From a virus (taxonomy: Duplodnaviria > Caudoviricetes): DNA of 64,000 bases. The DNA is taken from the IMG/VR virus record IMGVR_UViG_3300026493_000002. One strand, 5' to 3'. The notes below the pieces were generated by a model that saw nothing but the letters and a program-made list of their open reading frames with translations, did not search any database and was not told the DNA's origin. Positions 8,801 to 17,233 of this stretch are shown piece after piece (within the stretch, counting starts at the first letter, position 1; each line of letters opens with the position of its first letter). The translations under genes were made by a program, and so were the position numbers.

Positions 8801-10246
8801 TTAGCCGACGTCGGCGATGTAGTCAATGCGGACGCTCAGGTCCTTGCCGTCACCAGCCAGAACTGCCAGCGTGATGTAATCGGTGGTCAGCAGACCCACG
8901 TCGAGTGCGGCCTGACCCGATTCGTGTGCGCCGATGGCAATAGTCGGCTTGTCCGTCGGGAACATCGTGGCGCCGTTCTTCTTCACGTCCACCTGTACGG
9001 CAGTCATGTTCGGAGCAACGTCGATGAAGGCCCGCACACCCTGGATCTTGCACTTGAACGGAGGGTACCAGCGCACGCCGGTCGTGAACTGAACCACGTC
9101 ACCCGGAATGGACGCGTAGATCGAACGCGGCATGGGTGCAACCGAGGACACCTGCTGGTCAACGTAGGTCTTGTTCGCTGCCTGATTGGGCAACGTCGGT
9201 GCAGCAGCCAGACCGAGTGGGCCAGTGAGGTCACCGCCAGTCTTGGACAGACGCGCATCCAGCTGGGCCTGCACCGGAGAGGTCACGCCAGAGAGGCGAC
9301 CCATTTCGGCAGCAGTCACGTCGCTGACCGCGACCTTGCCCTGTGCGTTGGAAATCAGCGCGCGATTGGCTTCGACGTTGGTGCCCACGATGGTGGATGC
9401 GGCGCCGTTGACCTTGTCCTGCTTCTTCGCCATCTCGGTAGCGAAGTTGTCGTTCAGGTCGATCAGGTTCTCCAGATCAGCCAGCGACATATCCGAAGCA
9501 GCGACCTTGCCCTGTGCGTTGGAAATCAGCACACGGCTGGCCAGCAGGTTGTTCTCGGTGATCGAACTCGCACCGCCGGTAATCAGCTTCTGACCGTCGT
9601 TGATGCCGAAGCCTTCGAGGGTCGTCGGGTTGCTACCCGCCGTCGCACGGCCATGACGGTCGAACGTCACGACGCGGTACGTACCAGGCTGGATGCCCGA
9701 GTTGTCCAACGCGATGGAGTCACCAACGCGCGTCAGACCAGCACCGATCTGGATCTGGCCATTGCCGCTGAACACGGCGAAGTTCAGAGGACTGGTGTCG
9801 AGGTCGATGGGCAGACCCGTCGAGACCAAGTACCAAATGGTGTTGGCGAAGTTCTCACCTGCGACGATGAACACCATCATGCCCGGCTTGACCTTGGCAT
9901 TGGTGTTCGCAATCGGGGATCGCTGCCATGCGCCCGAGTTGACGCGGTACACACCGTTCTCGGACGGGTCATCCTGGTTCTTCAACAGAATGTCGTCGCC
10001 CGCAACCAGTGCAACGCCTTCGACGATCTGGAGACCGGAACGAATGACAGGCTCGGTGGTGGTGCAGCGAACGTTGATCAGGGCCGCACCGCTGACGGTG
10101 TTGCCCGATACCCATTCGGTGCCGGAGTAGGTGTACAGACCGGGCTCGAAGTCGCCGATCTGTACCGAGAGATAGAAGGTCAGACCACGACTCGGGTTCT
10201 CCGGGAAGAAGTCTGCCTCCAGATAGGTAAGGCTGTCAGTCAACAT
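8801..10246 (-). CDS. Tail or head fibre protein, 481 aa
   Basis: Typical phage fibre segments (LLKNQ...ENGVY, GAGLT, GTY..VTFD.HGR.TAGSNPTTL.G.GI.D); two ISNAQGKVA repeats. Confidence 0.75.
   Translation of the reverse strand: MLTDSLTYLEADFFPENPSRGLTFYLSVQIGDFEPGLYTYSGTEWVSGNTVSGAALINVRCTTTEPVIRSGLQIVEGVALVAGDDILLKNQDDPSENGVYRVNSGAWQRSPIANTNAKVKPGMMVFIVAGENFANTIWYLVSTGLPIDLDTSPLNFAVFSGNGQIQIGAGLTRVGDSIALDNSGIQPGTYRVVTFDRHGRATAGSNPTTLEGFGINDGQKLITGGASSITENNLLASRVLISNAQGKVAASDMSLADLENLIDLNDNFATEMAKKQDKVNGAASTIVGTNVEANRALISNAQGKVAVSDVTAAEMGRLSGVTSPVQAQLDARLSKTGGDLTGPLGLAAAPTLPNQAANKTYVDQQVSSVAPMPRSIYASIPGDVVQFTTGVRWYPPFKCKIQGVRAFIDVAPNMTAVQVDVKKNGATMFPTDKPTIAIGAHESGQAALDVGLLTTDYITLAVLAGDGKDLSVRIDYIADVG
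9330..9530. repeat. Exact 30-nt direct repeat (9330-9359, 9501-9530) inside the fibre gene
   Basis: gcgaccttgccctgtgcgttggaaatcagc twice, 171 nt (57 codons) apart. Confidence 0.9.
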
Positions 10247-10271
10247 TGAGCGTGTCTCCTATGGACGTGAA

Positions 10272-10733
10272 TCACATCGACGTCCAGGTGTAGTTCGGTT
10301 TGCCCTTCATGCGGTTGAACGCGTCAAGGCCCATTGCCTTGTAGTTCTGACTCTCCACGTTGGGCGGCAGTGGCGTCGGCCATACCTTGAGATCACCGTA
10401 GCGCATACCACGCATGGTGTAGGACGCAACCTGAGCAGGCACGCTCGTATCCTGATCTTGAGCAGACGTGAAGGTCAAGCCCAGAATCGGATAGAAGAAG
10501 TTGGACCTGTAGGCGAAGCGCAGAGCAGTGCCCGTCTTCGCGAGGTCGTAATTCTCGTGCGTCTGGTCGATCAACGGCGCGACGTTACCCATGCGCCGAT
10601 GACCGATGCCCCAGAAGGCCTGCGGGTTGGTGATGATCTCCAGATCCGGAGGCGTGTACAGATCCGCTGTCTGTGCCACGCCCGAGAATCCACCGGGTAC
10701 GCCGACCTGTGAACCGTTGGCCAGCTTTGCCAT
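10272..10733 (-). CDS. Hypothetical structural protein, 153 aa
   Basis: TAAGGAG stop/RBS coupling. Confidence 0.6.
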   Translation of the reverse strand: MAKLANGSQVGVPGGFSGVAQTADLYTPPDLEIITNPQAFWGIGHRRMGNVAPLIDQTHENYDLAKTGTALRFAYRSNFFYPILGLTFTSAQDQDTSVPAQVASYTMRGMRYGDLKVWPTPLPPNVESQNYKAMGLDAFNRMKGKPNYTWTSM

Positions 10734-10744
10734 GTGGTATCTCC

Positions 10745-11677
10745 TTAGGCCGGGATTGCGAAGCGCACGCCGTCGGCCGCACCGAGGATGAAGTGATCGG
10801 CGTCGGTACCATTCGGATCGAAGAACAGACTGACGTCGGTCTTGATAACGATCTTGTCCAGCGGCGCACCCAGATTGCGGGTCAGCACCTTGAGGCCGAA
10901 GAAGCGGCCACGCACGTGGGCAGCGACGTTTGCGTAACCCACGGTAGCGAGCGCGTACGGCGTCATCACGAACGAGGTGGCGTTGGCATCAATCGGGTTG
11001 GGCGCGATCGGCAACTGGCTGTAGAGCATCACGGTGGAGCTGGACGACGAACCGAACACCGTGCCGACACTGTTGGGCTGCTGGCTGTCGGTGTCCGCGT
11101 ACGCCGTCTTGCCGAATGCACGCGGCAGGTTGAAGCAGTTGGTGTTCGACGACGCAGCGAGACGGCCGACCGCACGATGACCGCCGGTCCATGCGAACAG
11201 CGGATAGGCACCGGCGACTTCTGCTGCATTGTCCTTGCTGATTTCCAGCACGCCGTCCCAGGAGTTGCCGGTCGCGCCGCCGAGGTCAGCGGTGTTGATG
11301 CGGCTGTACATCAACATGTAACGGGCGGTGGCGAAGACGTACAAGTAGCCGCCGAATGCCAGCGACAGGCGCTGACGTTCCACAGCAGGAGCGATGATGC
11401 CCAGGCCGGAGACAGCCTTGGTGTCGTTGTTCCAAAGCTCGAACGGCTCGATGGTGATATCGGCAGTACCGATCGTGAGACGGACGTACTTGTAGTTCAC
11501 GCCATCGGCCATCAGCGCGCGCAGGATGGTGATGGTCGTCGAGGGATCGTGGATCGACTCCCAGCCGCGCGTGGCCAGAACCGCTTTCAGGGCGGTCATC
11601 AACTCGGCCTGCGTGGCATTGATCGAGTAGTTGATGACGGCACTGTTGGTGCCGAGGGAGGTAGTGCGAGTGGTCAT
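10745..11677 (-). CDS. Fibre-like virion protein, paralog family member (310 aa)
   Basis: LGTNS, EISKDN, RGRFFGLK, RFAIPA. Confidence 0.65.
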   Translation of the reverse strand: MTTRTTSLGTNSAVINYSINATQAELMTALKAVLATRGWESIHDPSTTITILRALMADGVNYKYVRLTIGTADITIEPFELWNNDTKAVSGLGIIAPAVERQRLSLAFGGYLYVFATARYMLMYSRINTADLGGATGNSWDGVLEISKDNAAEVAGAYPLFAWTGGHRAVGRLAASSNTNCFNLPRAFGKTAYADTDSQQPNSVGTVFGSSSSSTVMLYSQLPIAPNPIDANATSFVMTPYALATVGYANVAAHVRGRFFGLKVLTRNLGAPLDKIVIKTDVSLFFDPNGTDADHFILGAADGVRFAIPA

Positions 11678-11686
11678 GGCAGGTCC

Positions 11687-13789
11687 TTACTGGGGAAGAC
11701 AGATGGTAAGCTGGCTGCCAGCCACGACGTTCAATGGCACAGACAGCTTACGGATTTCGTGGGTGAGCAATGCAGCCGTTGGTTCACTCAGGCCATCCGA
11801 GGCGCAGTTGATATCCAGCGTATCGGCGTCAGCTCCGACAAGGAACGGCAGCACCTTGAGTCCATAGAGACGACCCATCACGTGGGTGTAGGGCCCGTCG
11901 TACAGCACAGCATACGGATCCTGATACGGTATGGCAGTTGCAGCGTAGCCCGTCGTATTCCACGGGATGCTAGCCCACGGGTTACGAATCGTGTTGGAGT
12001 TCAGGTTGTTACCGTTCGTATTCCAACCGCTCTGATTGGACCATGTGCACGACGCCATCTGCTGGACAACTTCGGGCGTATGCACAGCACAGGCGCCGTA
12101 CATTGCAATGTCCAGAGAGCGTATGGCATTGGTACCAACAAGTCCGCCCATGGTACGAGTCAGCTTGCCGCCATTCGGCTTGTAGTGTCTCTGGAGTCCG
12201 AAGTCGTTCTGTGGCGTCATGCTGCCTTCATCGGCAACGCGAGTACCGAGAGCAACGTCGTAGTCCAAGAAGCAGAAGTACGGAGTGTTGACGCCAACCG
12301 CCTGATAGTCTTCGACGTCCAACGCGCACTCAATGTCGAACACGCCGAAAGCGCCAGTGGTAAGGCCAGCAGTTCCAGCCACACTGTTGCGCGTCGGAAC
12401 GAACGACAGCCAGCGGCCATTCGGATCAGCACTGATCTCCAACACCCGATCCGTAGGCGCGGTCGCAGTGTAGTTCAGCACGGACATGGTGTGATAGCTG
12501 GCAACAGGGTTGACCAAAGTGCCAGTATCGCGATCCATGCCTTCGGCAGTTCTGGCCCGCATGTTGAGGAACGGAAGCGGCGTGCCGTTGTTCGAGCCGT
12601 GAGACAACTCCAGGTACTTGCGAGCCGTGCCGTAAGCACACGGTGCACTGAACACCATGAGGGGACTGTCCGTGTAGGTGCCGCCGTTCCAGCCTGTCAT
12701 CGTCTGCACATCAGCGACAACGAGATTGCCACTACCGTCTCGGATACGACCTTTGGTGTTCTGCACTACGACATTTTGTCCGGTGAACGTCGGCGAGTTT
12801 TGGCGAACCAGTCGTTCATTGGTACCGTTCGTGACACGAATACCATAGCCGGTGACTTCACGGATTTCAGCAACCACGCCACTCACGGCAGGAGCCGAGG
12901 ACATGTAGCTGCCGTAGGTTACGCAGGTGTCATTCGCGCGCTGCACGAACACACAAGCTTCAAAACGCGTGGAGCTACAGTTGTCCCAGATCACGGCATC
13001 CTTGGCATCGGTGACTACCGACAGATCGGGGAGTGATCCGTAGGTGCGACCCCAGACAGCGATGGTGCCATTGGCCCGCACTGCAACGGCTGCAAACGGA
13101 CTACACGCGATCTTGACGAAGGTCCCAGTCGGAGCCTGACTGATAATGCCGTAGGCGTCGGTACCCCAGACCTTGATCTGGCCGTCGTTGGTCAACGCCA
13201 TCGCGAACGAGTGGCCGCACGCAACTTGCTTATAGTTGGCGTCCGTCGGCATGCCATACTTCACATCGTACAGCGGACTGCCGAAGTGTTCCAGTTTGCC
13301 GGTGCTATCCAGCGCGATGAAGTAGCCGCTGCCGGCATCAATGTCGACCCACGTACGGCCTGGAGTGGACGGTGCGTAGGGGTTGGCCATGTAGGACGTA
13401 CGCATCTTACCCCACGCGAACAGAGTCCCGTCGGTCTTGATGCACACGGCGAACGTGTCACCGGTCTTCAACTTCGATACAGTGTTAGCGACCGGGAGAT
13501 TGGCTGAGGCGGTCAGTTCCGCATTCACATACCCGCCGGCTACGGTCAATACCGCAGTCGGAGTAGACGGAATCGAGACGCTGTGGAAATACGGCAGCAT
13601 GTAGCCAGAGTACTGAGGCACGGACAGTTCGGTCTCAATGTCCGTAGCCGTCTCCAATCTCCATGCCCCGGTTCGTACCAAGATGCTTCGGATGTTCTGG
13701 AGCAGATTCGAGTTGAGCAGGTCACTGCCGTTGGCGAGATACGCCATCGAGTACGAGTTGTTGCCTCGCTTGGTGATGTTAACAGCCAT
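11687..13789 (-). CDS. Paralog-family protein with inserted RCC1-like repeats, 700 aa
   Basis: RCC1-like motifs (TGDTFAVCIKTDGTLFAWG, ACGHSFAMALTNDGQIKVWG) flanked by family N-terminus (RGNNS) and C-terminus (GRLYGLK). Confidence 0.7.
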   Translation of the reverse strand: MAVNITKRGNNSYSMAYLANGSDLLNSNLLQNIRSILVRTGAWRLETATDIETELSVPQYSGYMLPYFHSVSIPSTPTAVLTVAGGYVNAELTASANLPVANTVSKLKTGDTFAVCIKTDGTLFAWGKMRTSYMANPYAPSTPGRTWVDIDAGSGYFIALDSTGKLEHFGSPLYDVKYGMPTDANYKQVACGHSFAMALTNDGQIKVWGTDAYGIISQAPTGTFVKIACSPFAAVAVRANGTIAVWGRTYGSLPDLSVVTDAKDAVIWDNCSSTRFEACVFVQRANDTCVTYGSYMSSAPAVSGVVAEIREVTGYGIRVTNGTNERLVRQNSPTFTGQNVVVQNTKGRIRDGSGNLVVADVQTMTGWNGGTYTDSPLMVFSAPCAYGTARKYLELSHGSNNGTPLPFLNMRARTAEGMDRDTGTLVNPVASYHTMSVLNYTATAPTDRVLEISADPNGRWLSFVPTRNSVAGTAGLTTGAFGVFDIECALDVEDYQAVGVNTPYFCFLDYDVALGTRVADEGSMTPQNDFGLQRHYKPNGGKLTRTMGGLVGTNAIRSLDIAMYGACAVHTPEVVQQMASCTWSNQSGWNTNGNNLNSNTIRNPWASIPWNTTGYAATAIPYQDPYAVLYDGPYTHVMGRLYGLKVLPFLVGADADTLDINCASDGLSEPTAALLTHEIRKLSVPLNVVAGSQLTICLPQ

Positions 13790-13797
13790 ATCTCACC

Positions 13798-14958
13798 TCA
13801 AAGGGGTACTGCGATGCGGCTGTAGTTGGCCACACCAAGGACGATGTGCGGAACGGCAACACCGTCGCGCTTCGGGAAGAGAGTCGTGGGATCGCATTTC
13901 AGGTTCACGATGCTGCGGGGTTCACCGTAGTTCATCATGCACTGCTTGATGCCGTAGAAGCGCCCACGGATGTGAGGGTTGGTCTGGCCAGGAGTACCGC
14001 CATTGGCAGGAGAGTATCCGGCGCAGGCCACCAGCGGGAAGAACTGCGGGTGCTTGAACGCTGCCTGACTGGAGCCCTGAGCCGTGATAGCCGAGGCTGC
14101 GTCATGGAACGTGGCCATTACTCGGTAGCTACCGGCACTACTGCACGTTCTAGCCTGAACCACGCCCGGAGCCAAGTTCGCATTCATTGGAGTGGACGTG
14201 AAGGTACGGCCCGCCGCGTTATCGAACGTCGCAGAGCCATTCCAAGCCCGTGGCAACATGTAGGCATAGGCCTGCATTCGATAGGTGACGACCATGTCGA
14301 GATTGACAACCTGAGTGCCGATCTCCTCGAAGTCTCGGCTGTCAGCAGTCTGGCGACCCGTGATCGCGTATCCCGAGGTGTAGCAGAACGGAGGAAGATC
14401 CGGATCGAGGATGTTCGGATCCTCGAACTCCAGACAGCCTGACCATTCGCCAGAGTCACTGCCGTACTGGGTAGCGGTCTGGGCATTGAGGCGAATCTCG
14501 GACAGCAGGATGAACCAACGTGCGTGCGCGAACACATTGACAGCGCCCGGCCCATTGGGATTCAGCGGCTGATCCAGAGGATCTGTGGCAGCGCCTGGTC
14601 CGTAGCGATGGGTAATGAAAGAGTGGAGGCTGTTGATCCGCTGCGACTCGCCGCGAGCATTTGCCATCGTCAGGCTGCCGGCCGTTGCCTTCTCACCGAC
14701 TTCCATACGAATGCGGGCTTGGCCGCTGTCAGTCACCAGCGTGAGACGCACGTACTTCTGCTGGCTGGCGCCACGTGCCGTGTTGGCTTTGATGACGACC
14801 GAGTTTGCACTCAGGCCAGTGGCGGGGAAGTGACGCGTCCAGCCGATGTTCAAGCCGACCAGGTGATCGACCATGTCGCTCAGGAAAGTCGACAGGGCCT
14901 CAACGCCAGTTGCGTACTTGTATTTGTAGGAATTGGGTCCAAGCTGTTCGACCTGCAT
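13798..14958 (-). CDS. Fibre-like virion protein, paralog family member (386 aa)
   Basis: LGPNS, FAHARWFI, RGRFYGIK, RIAVPL. Confidence 0.65.
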   Translation of the reverse strand: MQVEQLGPNSYKYKYATGVEALSTFLSDMVDHLVGLNIGWTRHFPATGLSANSVVIKANTARGASQQKYVRLTLVTDSGQARIRMEVGEKATAGSLTMANARGESQRINSLHSFITHRYGPGAATDPLDQPLNPNGPGAVNVFAHARWFILLSEIRLNAQTATQYGSDSGEWSGCLEFEDPNILDPDLPPFCYTSGYAITGRQTADSRDFEEIGTQVVNLDMVVTYRMQAYAYMLPRAWNGSATFDNAAGRTFTSTPMNANLAPGVVQARTCSSAGSYRVMATFHDAASAITAQGSSQAAFKHPQFFPLVACAGYSPANGGTPGQTNPHIRGRFYGIKQCMMNYGEPRSIVNLKCDPTTLFPKRDGVAVPHIVLGVANYSRIAVPL

Positions 14959-15094
14959 TGCATTTTCCTTCTAAGTTTGTGCGGTCAACTGCACCTGTAC
15001 TTGTCCGACGCGTGCCGAAGAGACAGCACCAGGGATACGAGAGCGGGCAGAAAGACCCCTATCCAAGTAGATAGCGTCCTGCTGCCCTTGCTCC

Positions 15095-15104
15095 AAATTA
15101 CGAA
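15095..15104 (-). promoter_or_regulatory. Putative late promoter TTCGTAATTT for the paralog operon
   Basis: Motif lies between a terminator and the first operon gene, leaving a leader of about 135 nt. Confidence 0.7.
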
Positions 15105-15138
15105 CGTGCTAGCCTGACAACAGGTGTTTCCGAAACGA

Positions 15139-15171
15139 CGAAAGGGCGGAGCCCGCTAGGAGCCCCGCCCT
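15139..15171 (-). terminator. Rho-independent terminator-like hairpin after the collagen fibre gene
   Basis: Minus strand AGGGCGGGGCTCC...GGGCTCCGCCCT followed by TTCGTCGTTT. Confidence 0.7.
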
Positions 15172-15178
15172 CAATAGG

Positions 15179-17218
15179 TCAGATTTCGACCTTTTGCCCG
15201 AGATAGCACGGGGTGAAGATGCCCGTACTGACCGTGTCGGCATAGAAGCACGGCACCAGCCAATGTGGATCAACGGTCGCAACCGGAGGAGCATCAACCA
15301 ACTGACCGGGCTGCGTCGGACTCAGGTAGTACAGCTTACCCGGAGTCAGGCCCTTGCGAACTCGCGTGATGCGGCCCGAAGTCATCTGCACCAAGCACAG
15401 CGAGGACGAATGCACGACGCTGACCACACCGATTGCACGCGCCAGCTGTTCGTCACTGGCGTTTGCCAACACCCAGCCACCGGACTGCGGCACCACGATA
15501 TCGCCGACAGTGAAGCCGTGATTCGGCAGGTTGATGTACTGAACCTGCGAGCCGTTGATGGCGTCGAAGTGGTTGGTCTTCACTCGCACCAGCAGACCGT
15601 CCTTGTCCACGAAGTACAGGCGATCCGTCACGGTACTGTAGGCGAAGCGACCCGCGCCGATTGCATCCTTGAGCGATTCGCCGTCATCACGTTCGGTGGT
15701 GTCGGTCGAGGCGTCGTAGATGTAGAAGCTGTTGTCACGGGTGTCGTAGTACAGGATCTCGTTCGCCTCGAACACCATCTTGGAGAAGGTGGCATCGTTC
15801 TGCGAATGGGCCGACACACCGATGCGGCACGGCTTGTCGAACAGGGCTTCCACGATCGGGTTGTCTGCGAGGTCGAACTCCAGACGGGTCGCCGGATCAA
15901 CACCGTTGTCCACGTCCGGATCAGGCAGAGTAGCACCCAACTGAGACGTGCTGATGCGGATCGTGGAGCTCTGACGTTCGATGAACAGACGGGCCTTCTG
16001 ACCGGTCCAACCTGTGGAGGTCGTGTTCGTGACGTTCGCACTGCCGTTGACCAACACCTGAGCATTGGTCTGACCGTAGTTGTAGACCAGTGCCCAGCTG
16101 TAACCCGGCACCGAACCCACAGCGCGCGCTGCACGAATGGCACTCAGCGTATGCTCCACGCCCATGTCATCAACCGCGAAGGCGACGACCACACCGATTG
16201 CGTCATCATCCGCATCCGAGGAAGACAGTTCGACGGTCAGGTCGTAGTTGTCGTACAACGCAGGCGACACGAAGCCGATGTAGGACGTGCTGTTGACGGT
16301 CGACTTGATGACGTCCAGTGCGGAATCGTACACCCAACTGTTCAACTCGGCGGGAACTGCCGGCTGGGGCAACGAGGCCTGATGGGAGAAGCGACGCCAC
16401 GCGGAGAACACCGTGGAGAAGTCGAATGCAGCACTGGACTTCAACAGAGCCACGTCGTAGTTGCTTTCAACCACGTCGTACGGCTTGGCGATCATATCGA
16501 AGGTCACTTCCGTGTCGGACCCGTCGATGGAGTACATGACGCGGCCACTCAGACCACCGGTCGACAACTCACCGGGATCACCCTTCTCACCACGCGGGCC
16601 TTCGGGACCTTGCGGGCCAGTCGGGCCATCAAGGCCGGGCAGACCTTGCAGGCCGCGTTCACCCTGGGGACCCTGTGGGCCAGCGGGGCCAGCAGGACCG
16701 GCGGGCCCTTGCGAGCCACCGCCACCGTTCGGACCCTGGGGACCCTGTGGGCCAAGATCACCCTTGTCACCCTTATCGCCCTTGTCACCCTTGATGCCCT
16801 GATCGCCCTTCGGACCAGCGGGGCCGTTCGGACCCTGCGGACCAATCGGGCCTTGCGGGCCTTCGGGACCAGGAGGACCGATCGGCCCCTGATCACCGAC
16901 AGGCAGCAGATAGACCTGCGGGTACATCCACAGATCGTCGTAGGTCACCACTTCTTCCCACGTGCCGATGCCCTGATTGGTGAAGCTCATGGCACGGAAC
17001 ACTTTGCGATACGTGGGAGACTCGGGGCCGAAATCGACCCAGAGTCCGTACTGCGGTACCAGCAAGCTGGTGGGTTTCGTGTGCGCAGCCAGCACGAGGA
17101 ACTCAGCTGCCGACACCGGATGGCTCACGCGGATCGCAACAGGATTGAACTGATCCATGTTGCGAAGGTCGCTGAGCGTCTCAATGCCGTCGACGAATTC
17201 GTCTAGGGTAGTTGCCAT
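15179..17218 (-). CDS. Collagen-like fibre protein with lectin-like central domain, 679 aa
   Basis: 37 uninterrupted Gly-X-Y triplets; [13 protein letters not shown] motif; C-terminal GKLYYLS...PGQL segment resembling fibre or decoration anchor domains. Confidence 0.8.
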   Translation of the reverse strand: MATTLDEFVDGIETLSDLRNMDQFNPVAIRVSHPVSAAEFLVLAAHTKPTSLLVPQYGLWVDFGPESPTYRKVFRAMSFTNQGIGTWEEVVTYDDLWMYPQVYLLPVGDQGPIGPPGPEGPQGPIGPQGPNGPAGPKGDQGIKGDKGDKGDKGDLGPQGPQGPNGGGGSQGPAGPAGPAGPQGPQGERGLQGLPGLDGPTGPQGPEGPRGEKGDPGELSTGGLSGRVMYSIDGSDTEVTFDMIAKPYDVVESNYDVALLKSSAAFDFSTVFSAWRRFSHQASLPQPAVPAELNSWVYDSALDVIKSTVNSTSYIGFVSPALYDNYDLTVELSSSDADDDAIGVVVAFAVDDMGVEHTLSAIRAARAVGSVPGYSWALVYNYGQTNAQVLVNGSANVTNTTSTGWTGQKARLFIERQSSTIRISTSQLGATLPDPDVDNGVDPATRLEFDLADNPIVEALFDKPCRIGVSAHSQNDATFSKMVFEANEILYYDTRDNSFYIYDASTDTTERDDGESLKDAIGAGRFAYSTVTDRLYFVDKDGLLVRVKTNHFDAINGSQVQYINLPNHGFTVGDIVVPQSGGWVLANASDEQLARAIGVVSVVHSSSLCLVQMTSGRITRVRKGLTPGKLYYLSPTQPGQLVDAPPVATVDPHWLVPCFYADTVSTGIFTPCYLGQKVEI
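16565..16897 (-). repeat. Collagen Gly-X-Y repeat, 37 triplets
   Basis: GDQ GPI GPP ... GDP GEL counted in the translation. Confidence 0.95.
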
Positions 17219-17233
17219 TGTACGGATCCTTGA

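Noticed and set aside
11687-14958. Recent horizontal acquisition of the RCC1 and 386-aa genes on compositional grounds
   Set aside because: GC looks only slightly lower by eye; this cannot be supported without a GC3 or codon-usage calculation.
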